A stretch of DNA of 64,000 nucleotides. It comes from Spirochaetia bacterium (GTDB lineage Bacteria > Spirochaetota > Spirochaetia > DSM-27196 > Salinispiraceae). The translations under genes were made by a program, and so were the position numbers. The notes beneath the pieces are model-generated. The model had not been told where the DNA came from. It saw nothing but the letters and a program-made list of their open reading frames with translations, and made no database searches. Below, piece after piece: positions 35,940 to 44,250 of the stretch. Position 1 is the stretch's first letter. The number at the start of each line of letters is the position of its first letter. The stretch spans positions 1 through 64,000 of the forward strand of contig JBBRCZ010000008.1 in assembly GCA_038204425.1 (NCBI GenBank), given 5' to 3'.

Positions 35940-37394
35940 TTATCTCTTAAGCTGCAAGAGTTCCTGCAACATCTGATCGGAAGTTTGAATTGTCTTTGAG
36001 TTGGCTTGGAAACCACGTTGAGTTACGATCATATCGGTAAAGGTTTCGGACAGGTCTACGTTGGACATTTCCAAGGCACCTGACATAAACTTACCTTTGC
36101 CCGCAACACCAGAAGGGCCAATGTCTGCAGCACCTGAGTTGATGCTTACCATGTAGTTGTTCTCACCGGCCTTTTCTAAACCACCAGGGTTGGTAAAGCT
36201 TCCCAATGCAAGCTTACCCAACGCGCGATTGGTGCCATTGGAAAAAACGCCGGTAATTTCACCGGCTTGGTCGATGCGGAAGTCTTCTAGGTATCCCATG
36301 GTATAACCGTCTTGGCTAAAGACCTTATTGGAACTAGTGCTAGCGTATTGAGTGCTCGAGTCAGTTGTTGAACCTACTGTGCCAATGTTAAAGTTGAAAC
36401 TCTGGAATATTGCTTCGCCGGCTGCGCCGCCAGCGAAGGCTGGGTTGGCTTGGTCAGCATTGGCCGGAATCGAAGTCTGAGGCACGCGGAAGGTCATCCG
36501 CACCTGCAGATTATCGGCCGTATCGGTTCCTGGCTGGACTACAGACAAACCTTCTACGGTGTTAGAAACGCTATCCAAGGTGCCAAAGTTGTTAAAACGC
36601 AGGAAGTAAGCATTGTCAGCAATATCCTTTTGGGCTCCGTTGATGGTCAACTGAGGAACGATAGCTTCTTGATTTTGACCAACAATATTGACTTGAGCGC
36701 GCCAAGTATTGGGCTGACCATCAACGCGCGTGTAGCTTACCTGCAACTGGTGCGTATTACCAAAGGCATCGTAAATGTCATAGGAAACTGGCCAGGTACC
36801 AGCTCTTACCGTAGCGGCATCGGCGTTTGGCGGTATTACCGGGGTGTTTTTGTCTAAGTTACATGCAGCAAAAACTTCACTCGAGGCTTTAGCAGCGTCT
36901 TTGGTTCCTACAGGAATAATAAGATCTTCAATTGACTTGGCCGAGTTAATAAAAGTGATGCCGTCCGCGGTTTCTGCTTGCCAACCTTGGACACGCATAC
37001 CGTTGGCTGGGTTTACCAAGTAACCATCGGCGTCAAGCCCAAATGCCCCGTTGCGAGTATATAGGTCTGCTTCACCATTTCGCAGTACAAAGAAACCGTT
37101 GCCCAAAATAGCCACGTCGGTTTTTACACCAGTGGTCTGCATAGATCCTTGGGTATGTATGGTGTCTATGGTTGCAATGTTCATGCCCAAACCAACTTGT
37201 TGAGGATTGACACCCCCGACTTGCTCGTTGGGTCGGGCCGCACCGCGCTGACTTTGTGAGAGAAGGTCCTGGAAGTTAACCCGGCCTTTTTTGAAACCAG
37301 TGGTGTTGACGTTGGCAAGGTTATTACCAATTACGTCCATGCGGGTTTGGTGATTCTGTAGTCCGGAAACACCGGCATATAGTGATCGCATCAT
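35940..37394 (-). CDS. flgE: Flagellar hook protein FlgE
   Basis: MMRSLYAGVSGL, GNNLANVNTTGFK and LEMSNVDLS...QRGFQANSK motifs. Confidence 0.98.
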   Translation of the reverse strand: MMRSLYAGVSGLQNHQTRMDVIGNNLANVNTTGFKKGRVNFQDLLSQSQRGAARPNEQVGGVNPQQVGLGMNIATIDTIHTQGSMQTTGVKTDVAILGNGFFVLRNGEADLYTRNGAFGLDADGYLVNPANGMRVQGWQAETADGITFINSAKSIEDLIIPVGTKDAAKASSEVFAACNLDKNTPVIPPNADAATVRAGTWPVSYDIYDAFGNTHQLQVSYTRVDGQPNTWRAQVNIVGQNQEAIVPQLTINGAQKDIADNAYFLRFNNFGTLDSVSNTVEGLSVVQPGTDTADNLQVRMTFRVPQTSIPANADQANPAFAGGAAGEAIFQSFNFNIGTVGSTTDSSTQYASTSSNKVFSQDGYTMGYLEDFRIDQAGEITGVFSNGTNRALGKLALGSFTNPGGLEKAGENNYMVSINSGAADIGPSGVAGKGKFMSGALEMSNVDLSETFTDMIVTQRGFQANSKTIQTSDQMLQELLQLKR

Positions 37395-37407
37395 AACGGG
37401 ACTCTCC

Positions 37408-37896
37408 TTAGTTCTTCTTTACGCGGGCAATATCTTTATAATCATAATAAGTACCATTGACCAAAATTTGGGGGTACTGGCCACTGGTTACTTCATCTAC
37501 GGTACCGGACACAATCTTGTTACCAACGGTAACATCTACATTTTGACCCAAGATGCCAAAGGCTTGGCTGGATCCTAGCATTTGACTTAGCTTGCTAAAT
37601 TCTGCCGTCAGGTTATTCATCTGCTCAAGGGAGGAAAACTGAGCCATCTGGGCGACAAATTGCTTGTCTTCTAATGGGGCAGTTGGATCTTGATTCTTAA
37701 GTTGTGTGACCAAAAGAGTCAAAAAGTCATTCTTATCCATTGACTGTTTGATCTTTCGTCCGTTTTCGGCCTCGAGACCTTTATTTACAATGTTTACTTG
37801 TTCTTCAACGCGGGTGCGTTCAGAATCACTGAGCTTTGATGGTAGGCGTAAAACGCCAGCCGCCAACGATGGATCTGAAATCCGTTGAATCTCCAT
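37408..37896 (-). CDS. flgD: Flagellar hook capping protein FlgD
   Basis: DFLTLLVTQLKNQDPTAP..FVAQMAQFSSLEQM motif. Confidence 0.96.
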   Translation of the reverse strand: MEIQRISDPSLAAGVLRLPSKLSDSERTRVEEQVNIVNKGLEAENGRKIKQSMDKNDFLTLLVTQLKNQDPTAPLEDKQFVAQMAQFSSLEQMNNLTAEFSKLSQMLGSSQAFGILGQNVDVTVGNKIVSGTVDEVTSGQYPQILVNGTYYDYKDIARVKKN

Positions 37897-37921
37897 ACAC
37901 TACCCCTTTTTTAAACGGCCC

Positions 37922-39559
37922 TTAGGCCATCAAATTGACTTGACTATTTCCGTACTCAACTGAACTTAACACGGTCACTTGCTCTTCCAACTTGCGATGA
38001 GCATAGTCAAGTTGGTGCTGCGAACGTTGACCCTGACTACTTGATTGCCCAAAGTTATGATCGCCATGCGATCCAACGGCAACTTGCAAATTGTTGGCAT
38101 CAAAACCACCATCAGCAAAGGCTTGCTTTAGATTTGCAAGTTCTTCATCAAAAGCAGCTTGTACTTCTTTATTTTCGACCAAAATTGTTCCGGCTATATG
38201 CCCATCTTTAAGTTCTAGGTTTATTCGCACTTGTCCGAGGTTTTCCGGATTGAGAATTAACTTAATTTCACCAACATTGCCGCCTTTGAACATAATTTTG
38301 GCTTGACTCAAGATGTCTTGACCGCCGCGTTCTCGCAACCAGTCCCGGAGAGATTGTCCAAAACTGCCGTTGCTGGTGTTGAGGCTGACCGGAATGTTGA
38401 TGCTTCGTTCCCCTGTTGGTAGAAAAACTGCGTTGTTCATAAGCTTGGCTTCTAGGCTTGCTCGTCCTTCGTCACTGCGGCTGGATGGTGAAACTGCTGT
38501 TATAAATCCCGCAGCGATGCCTGACTGTTTTTGGGCGTCAGACAAAAGTGTTTCGAGTACGGTCTGCGGTTTTACATTTTGACCACGTAAATCGGTGACT
38601 TCTATGCTGCGCTTAATGTCGGCAGTTCGTTCTTTTTGAATTCGTTGGGTAGAACTTCTGTCATAGCGCGCCAGTTGGGCTTCAGCAGTGACGCCCTTTT
38701 CGTTTACTTTTTTAGAAGACTTAGCGCTAAGATTCTTGTCGTCAACTAGCCCAAGCTTAGGTTTGCCTGGCTTGGCTTCGCTGTTTTGGGCCACAGCACT
38801 TGCAATACCCTGTTCTTGGGCCAAATTACGGACCGTAGCCATTGCTTGTTCCAAAGCCAACTTGGGTACATTTGAGTCAGCAGCATTTTTGCTACTTGCC
38901 AGGACCGAGGCCTTGGCCTGCTGATTGTGATTTGCACTTAAGCCAGTCTTCTTGGTTTCAGATGCCTCAATTTGTGCTGTTGCATTCTTGTCGGTTTTGC
39001 CAACAAGTGAACTTATGAGCGACTGAGTTACTGGACTCTCACTCTGGGCACTTTGTGATTCTTTTTTACTGTTTACCTGGCCAAGCTTGCTTTGCAGTTC
39101 AGACTTGCTTGGGTTTGCACTGCTTGTGGCAAGAGCAACTGAAACCGCCTGACCTTCAAGTGTTTTTGTTGCGTCGCCTTTGCTGGCAACATGGGCCTTT
39201 TCTTGTTTATTGAGTGAAACGGCCGCTTGCAGTAAAGCCTCAGCATCTGGTGCCTTCCTTAGCTGGGCCTTTTTAGTTCCATTTTGCTTCTGAGGTTTGT
39301 CTGCAGTCTGGGCAACTTGTTCTGGCTTGTTATCGCTGCTGACGGATTTGTTGACCACTTGGTCTGTGTCTTGCCTTGCGTCAGTTTGGTCTGGCGAACT
39401 GGTGTAATTTTTTCCAGACGACAAGGCCTGCTCCAAGGTAGCCAGAAAGTCCTTGTTAGAGTCTATTGCTGGGGCTTTTTGCTCACCGAGCTTCGGCAAA
39501 AAGTCGCCAAGGTTGTTTTCCTTGGCCGGGCCAAGCATAGAAAAAGAATTTAAACTCAA
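37922..39559 (-). CDS. fliK: Flagellar hook-length control protein FliK (FlbC)
   Basis: Low-complexity N-terminus, C-terminal LNPENLGQVRI motif, position before flgD, and a TTG start 6 nt after GGAGG. Confidence 0.88.
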   Translation of the reverse strand: MSLNSFSMLGPAKENNLGDFLPKLGEQKAPAIDSNKDFLATLEQALSSGKNYTSSPDQTDARQDTDQVVNKSVSSDNKPEQVAQTADKPQKQNGTKKAQLRKAPDAEALLQAAVSLNKQEKAHVASKGDATKTLEGQAVSVALATSSANPSKSELQSKLGQVNSKKESQSAQSESPVTQSLISSLVGKTDKNATAQIEASETKKTGLSANHNQQAKASVLASSKNAADSNVPKLALEQAMATVRNLAQEQGIASAVAQNSEAKPGKPKLGLVDDKNLSAKSSKKVNEKGVTAEAQLARYDRSSTQRIQKERTADIKRSIEVTDLRGQNVKPQTVLETLLSDAQKQSGIAAGFITAVSPSSRSDEGRASLEAKLMNNAVFLPTGERSINIPVSLNTSNGSFGQSLRDWLRERGGQDILSQAKIMFKGGNVGEIKLILNPENLGQVRINLELKDGHIAGTILVENKEVQAAFDEELANLKQAFADGGFDANNLQVAVGSHGDHNFGQSSSQGQRSQHQLDYAHRKLEEQVTVLSSVEYGNSQVNLMA

Positions 39560-39565
39560 GGTAAG

Positions 39566-39608
39566 CCTCCCTGACAGCCGTTTACGGATCAGGGAGTTTG
39601 CCGCTTTA
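39566..39608 (-). promoter_or_regulatory. Putative sigma28-type promoter overlapping an RBS-containing hairpin upstream of fliK
   Basis: Minus strand TAAA-N16-TCCGTAAA. The inverted repeat CTCCCTGA/TCAGGGAG (39567-39574, 39589-39596) covers most of the GGAGG RBS. Confidence 0.5.
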
Positions 39609-39616
39609 GTGGCTCA

Positions 39617-40228
39617 CTATTCCCTGGGGGGTTTAAGCGTCATCTTGCGCTGTATTTCGGAAGCTCGGTTGGCGTCCATTCGACTTAACCACACCGATAC
39701 CAACGAAACGGCCCCTGCTTGATCGGCAATTTCCTGGGCGACCCTTAAAGTATCAATCATCAGTTGATCATCGTAGGCCGCAAGAATCTTAACCGCTTCA
39801 TCCGGTCGCATACTGTTCAGATACCTAGCGTTTTGCACTAGGTTCGCATATCTATCATCGTACTGCTGGGTTCGTTCCTTGAATGAATTCTCGCGCAGAT
39901 CGTGCGCCTTCTCGCGCTCATCGAGTTCTGAGGCGCGTTGAGAAAAGGTATTTTCGTTTTTGTTGAGCTCGTCATTGCGGGTAACGAGATCTTGGTACTT
40001 GAGCTCCAATGCTTCTTCTTGTCTTCTTACGCGGATGCTATCCAAAAGTAGAGGGTCATCAGGATCTATCGTAACCGGGGCAGCATTAAAGAGCCCTAGA
40101 ACGGGCGACAACAAGCGAGAAGCGTTGATGACACCCAAAAAGTCGAACCAAAAGAGACCCCCAATTGCCATTGCGAGTATAAGAAAAATTAGTCCTACAA
40201 TACGGGGAACCATGCCTAAACGTGCCAT
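39617..40228 (-). CDS. flbB: Periplasmic flagellar collar protein FlbB
   Basis: N-terminal TM (WFDFLGVI), coiled coil, MRPDEAVKIL and VWLSRMDANRASEIQRKM. Spirochete-specific position between fliJ and fliK. Confidence 0.9.
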   Translation of the reverse strand: MARLGMVPRIVGLIFLILAMAIGGLFWFDFLGVINASRLLSPVLGLFNAAPVTIDPDDPLLLDSIRVRRQEEALELKYQDLVTRNDELNKNENTFSQRASELDEREKAHDLRENSFKERTQQYDDRYANLVQNARYLNSMRPDEAVKILAAYDDQLMIDTLRVAQEIADQAGAVSLVSVWLSRMDANRASEIQRKMTLKPPRE

Positions 40229-40248
40229 GCTGAAGTCTCCTCAGAAAA

Positions 40249-40316
40249 GTTTGTCACGATCTTTTTATGTCACTCTTTGAGTGACAAACACCAGCGTCAC
40301 TTTTTGAGTGACAAAC
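40249..40316. repeat. Palindromic 21-bp direct repeat (2 copies) plus an inverted half-site
   Basis: GTCACTCTTTGAGTGACAAAC (40269-40289) and GTCACTTTTTGAGTGACAAAC (40296-40316), plus GTTTGTCAC at 40249-40257. Confidence 0.8.
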
Positions 40317-40716
40317 GTGATTGTACCATATCGTCAATACTCAAGTCAGCTTCTTGAATAGCATCGCGCTTGTGCTGATCCAAACCACGCTGCTCAAGCT
40401 TACGCAGTACTTCTGCTTTTTGTCGAGCCGCCACAAATTCGGCCAAAACCTGTTCTCTTTTTTCGTTAGCTTTTACGCGCGCGTGCTCAAGTACTTGCTT
40501 GTCGCGCGCCAGCCGACTCAACCAAGCTTGACGCATCTGCATCTGGAGCAAGTCAAACTGACTCGGTCTAACTTTTTGTTGCTGGCGTATAGCTTCAATG
40601 CTCTGCTGAATTTCCTCTAAGCGGCGCGCTGCTTGTCCCAGTCGTAGTTTAACGAGTTCTTCTTCTTGCTCGCGCAAGGAAAGCAGCTTTGCCAGCCTAA
40701 AGTGATAACGCTTCAT
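40297..40716 (-). CDS. fliJ: Flagellar export protein FliJ (FlbA)
   Basis: MKRYHFRLAKLLSLRE, coiled coil, EVLRKLE..E...IDD, directly after fliI. Confidence 0.88.
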   Translation of the reverse strand: MKRYHFRLAKLLSLREQEEELVKLRLGQAARRLEEIQQSIEAIRQQQKVRPSQFDLLQMQMRQAWLSRLARDKQVLEHARVKANEKREQVLAEFVAARQKAEVLRKLEQRGLDQHKRDAIQEADLSIDDMVQSRLSLKK

Positions 40717-42170
40717 GTAACTCCCAGGCTGGCTGTTTGCATTTCTAAGTCGAGCATGGTCATGATGTCAGGTTTAAGCTCTTTTTTGGCGTACAGCTGA
40801 GCACGGCGTTCTTGCAGGCGGGCGCTTTCTGCTTCTAGAATTGTCGACTGTTCTTCTGGTAATTTTTGCCCCAAAATTGCACAGGCTCCTGCCCAAGTGC
40901 TTGCCAAAGTTTCTTCTTCTTCTACGTCTTGGATCAAAAAGTCGCGTATTGAGGCTTGCTTTTTTATTGCCAAGTCAATGTCGGGATGCGTTCCGGTAAC
41001 GTAGGCGCCAACGCTGATTAGATCTTCGTTTTCGGCGTAGGTTGCCATCAATTTGCGAATCGAACCTGCCACATCCTTCATCTCGCGTGTGGTAACCTTG
41101 TTGGCCAAACGACTAATTGAGGCCAAGGGATCTATAGCCGGATAGTGGTAACGCTCGGCCAGTTTTCTACTCAAAACCAAGTGACCATCAAGAATACCGC
41201 GCACCGTATCGGCGATAGGCTCATCCATGTCATCACCGTCAACCAAAATGGTATAAAAACCAGTGATGGTGCCTTTGTCGCTCGTTCCTGCTCGCTCAAG
41301 CAGGCGTGGAAGGCTAGAAAACACAGAAGGTGGATAGCCGCGTGTGGCCGGAGCCTCACCAGCCGACAAACCAACCTCACGTTGTGCTTTGGCAAAGCGC
41401 GTAACCGAATCGAACATCAGCACTACATCCATGCCTTGGTCGCGGAAGTATTCGGCATAGGCAGTAGCTGTGTAAGCTGCCTTAAGGCGGGCCATAGCAG
41501 GCTGGTCGCCGGTAGCAACCACAATTATGCTGCGCGCCAGTCCCTCGGGGCCCAAGTCCTGCTCAATAAACTCTCTCACTTCGCGACCGCGCTCACCAAT
41601 AAGGGCGATTACGTTGATGTCAGCGGTGGTGTTGCGGGCCATCATGCCCAGGAGAGTAGACTTACCTACTCCAGATCCAGCAAAAATACCCAAACGTTGA
41701 CCTTTGCCAAGCGGTGTCAAAGCATCTATAGCCCGCACCCCTGTGCCAATCTGACGCGTTATTCTCTCTCGAGACAAGGCTGGAGGTGCTTTTCCCATTA
41801 CTGGATAGTGGACTCTGCTCAAGATAGGTCCCTTAGAATCAATTGGCCGGCCCAATGCATCAACTACCCTGCCCAAAAGCATTGGTCCAACACTGACCGT
41901 CAGCTGACGGCCTTGGGCAGTTACTGGTGATCCCAGTTCTAGGCCATTTATATCTGAGTAAGGCATCAGTTTGATAATACGACCGTCAATACCGACGACT
42001 TCGGCCATGGTATGGCTACCGTTTGAACCGCCGATAGTGCAAAGCTCGCCCATAATGGCTTGTGGACCCAGCGATTCGATTAAAAGTCCCTGAATCCTCT
42101 GCACTCGTCCGATATATTTAATTGGATCAACCGTCTCCAAAATGTCTGCATATTTTCCAAAAACATCCAT
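40713..42170 (-). CDS. fliI: Flagellar export ATPase FliI
   Basis: AGSGVGKS Walker A, IGERGREV, DSVTRFA and GHLVLSR motifs. The start is at 42170 or 42185. Confidence 0.97.
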   Translation of the reverse strand: MDVFGKYADILETVDPIKYIGRVQRIQGLLIESLGPQAIMGELCTIGGSNGSHTMAEVVGIDGRIIKLMPYSDINGLELGSPVTAQGRQLTVSVGPMLLGRVVDALGRPIDSKGPILSRVHYPVMGKAPPALSRERITRQIGTGVRAIDALTPLGKGQRLGIFAGSGVGKSTLLGMMARNTTADINVIALIGERGREVREFIEQDLGPEGLARSIIVVATGDQPAMARLKAAYTATAYAEYFRDQGMDVVLMFDSVTRFAKAQREVGLSAGEAPATRGYPPSVFSSLPRLLERAGTSDKGTITGFYTILVDGDDMDEPIADTVRGILDGHLVLSRKLAERYHYPAIDPLASISRLANKVTTREMKDVAGSIRKLMATYAENEDLISVGAYVTGTHPDIDLAIKKQASIRDFLIQDVEEEETLASTWAGACAILGQKLPEEQSTILEAESARLQERRAQLYAKKELKPDIMTMLDLEMQTASLGVT

Positions 42171-42209
42171 AACTTTCCCCTCCAAGAAGAATTGGGCGCC
42201 GATTCCGTC

Positions 42210-43166
42210 TTAAAACTCGACGCTGTTTTCTTTTGGCCGCGTACGAATTGGACTAGCTTCCAAAATTTTGTCTTCGATTTCTTGAAGTTGACTGCTTATT
42301 CGCGCGTCAATTTCACCAAAATCGGTCTCAATAATGCACCCACCGGGGTCGACGGTAGCATCTTCCATAAGACTTACGTTGCCAACACGTTCTATTCTGG
42401 CGGTGATTTCTTTGAGATGTTCGGTTGTCATCTTGAGATCAACTATGTTTACGCGGATAACCACATCCGACTTGCTCTTAAGCTTGCGCAAGGCTTGGAC
42501 TACATTGTTGATAACTACGTTACGTTGATTTTCCGTGAGCACTTTGACAACCTTCTTTGAAATTGCTAACACCAAGGAAACCAACTGTGACTCAGATTCC
42601 ACAATTATGTCATTGCGTCGGTCAATGGCCTTAGCAAGAACCATGTGAAGTCTGTCTACCAATCTATCGGCTTCGGACTTACCTTCTTGCCAACCTTCTA
42701 CACGACCTTCTTGATTGCCTCTTTCAAAAGCTTCTTTGTGAATGTCAGCAATCTTCCGGTTGGCTTCATCCAAAAGTTGTACAACTTTACTCTCGGCTTG
42801 CGCGACTATCTTGCCAGCCTGCTGTTCAGCTTCCTGTCGTATTCCCTGAGCTTGTTCGCCCTTACGTTGCACTTCTTCAAAGGCCACTTGCTCGGCGTCT
42901 TTGACAATTTTTTCTGCATTTGACTTTGCCTCGTCGAGCAGGCTTTCTCGTTCAGTTTCTACCTGCAGACGCATCGCCTCCGCCTCACGTGCAACCTCGT
43001 CGGCACTTGGTCCGGTATAGACAGGCATAGCCGGGGTCTCATCTTCGAGCTCTTCCAGTTGAGCAGGCATGGCCTCAATAACTCGACGAGACAAGACCGG
43101 CGGACTAATGTGTACCTTGGTGGGAGAAATTTCTATCTCATTTGAGCGCAATACATTCTTGGCCAT
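42210..43166 (-). CDS. fliH: Flagellar assembly protein FliH
   Basis: GxxxG repeats (RGNQEGRVEGWQEG) and GGCIIETDFGEIDARI. Confidence 0.95.
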   Translation of the reverse strand: MAKNVLRSNEIEISPTKVHISPPVLSRRVIEAMPAQLEELEDETPAMPVYTGPSADEVAREAEAMRLQVETERESLLDEAKSNAEKIVKDAEQVAFEEVQRKGEQAQGIRQEAEQQAGKIVAQAESKVVQLLDEANRKIADIHKEAFERGNQEGRVEGWQEGKSEADRLVDRLHMVLAKAIDRRNDIIVESESQLVSLVLAISKKVVKVLTENQRNVVINNVVQALRKLKSKSDVVIRVNIVDLKMTTEHLKEITARIERVGNVSLMEDATVDPGGCIIETDFGEIDARISSQLQEIEDKILEASPIRTRPKENSVEF

Positions 43167-43179
43167 TCTTTATGCCGCC

Positions 43180-44247
43180 TTACACAACCATTTCATCTTC
43201 ACCAGCACGTGCAATAACTATTTCGCCGGCTTCTTCGAGCTTCCTAATTATGGATACGATCTTCTGTTGAGCTTCTTCTACGTCCTTCATGCGGATTGGA
43301 CCCATGTATTCCATGTCTTCTTTGAGAAGTTGGCTGGCGCGCTTGGACATATTGCGAAAGATCTTGTCCTGTACTTCGTTGTCAACACTTTTGAGCGCCT
43401 TTGCAAGTTCTGCCGAGTCAACTTCACGCAGTACTTTTTGGATAGAACGGTCGTCAAGCATAACAATGTCTTCGAAGACAAACATTCGTTTCTTAATTTC
43501 TTCTGCCAGTTCTGGATCTTCTTCTTCCAAGTTTTCGATAATGCCCTTCTCAGTAGTTCGGTCTACTAAGTTAAGAATTTCAACAACGCTTTCTACACCA
43601 CCAGCGGCGGTGTAGTCTTCACTAGATATGGTAGAAAGCTTCTTTTCTAGTACGCGCTCAACTTCGCGCAGAGTTTCTGGACTGGTTCTGTCCATGGTGG
43701 CTATACGCTTGGCAATATCACTTTGGACTTCATGAGAAAGGTTGGACAAAATAGTAGCTGCCTTGCCAGGTTCCAAATAAGCCAGAATAAGCGCGATAGT
43801 CTGCGGATGTTCTTGTTGGATAAAGTTTAACAGGTGCGTTGGATCGGTGCGGCGAATAAAATCAAACGGGCGCACTTGCAAACTTGAGGTGAGTCGATTG
43901 ATTATATCTACCGCTTTTTGACTGCCGAGTGATTTTTCCAAAAGTTCACGCGCATAGTCGATACCACCCATGGTGATAAAGTCCTGAGCCATCATCAACT
44001 CTTGGAACTCCTGCAAGACCGTATCACGTGTTCCACTGTCAACTGACTCTAGGCGAGCAATCTCAAAGGTTAGCGTTTCTATCTCGTCCTCTCGTAAATG
44101 CTTAAAGATCTCAGCAGAAATCTCAGAGCCAATAGTTACAAGGAAGACTGCCGCCTTTTGGCGGCCATTTAATTCTCTGTTGTGTCCGGATTTTTTTCCG
44201 GTGTGGGGGCCGCCAGCGGCGGCTTGCGGCCCAGGTGCCTTGGACAT
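43180..44247 (-). CDS. fliG: Flagellar motor switch protein FliG
   Basis: QKAAVFL, GGIDYA, EHPQTIALIL, MFVFED and NMSKRA motifs. Confidence 0.98.
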   Translation of the reverse strand: MSKAPGPQAAAGGPHTGKKSGHNRELNGRQKAAVFLVTIGSEISAEIFKHLREDEIETLTFEIARLESVDSGTRDTVLQEFQELMMAQDFITMGGIDYARELLEKSLGSQKAVDIINRLTSSLQVRPFDFIRRTDPTHLLNFIQQEHPQTIALILAYLEPGKAATILSNLSHEVQSDIAKRIATMDRTSPETLREVERVLEKKLSTISSEDYTAAGGVESVVEILNLVDRTTEKGIIENLEEEDPELAEEIKKRMFVFEDIVMLDDRSIQKVLREVDSAELAKALKSVDNEVQDKIFRNMSKRASQLLKEDMEYMGPIRMKDVEEAQQKIVSIIRKLEEAGEIVIARAGEDEMVV

Positions 44248-44250
44248 GGA

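Noticed and set aside
40269..40316. Palindromic direct repeats as a mini-CRISPR
   Set aside because: There are only two 21-bp copies with a 6-bp gap, one overlapping a coding end, and no cas genes.
41145..41930. Long antisense ORFs (261 aa here; also 29528-30211, 54067-54657, 3192-3746, 56036-56578)
   Set aside because: They lie opposite well-conserved genes, have no recognisable motifs, and are the expected shadow ORFs.
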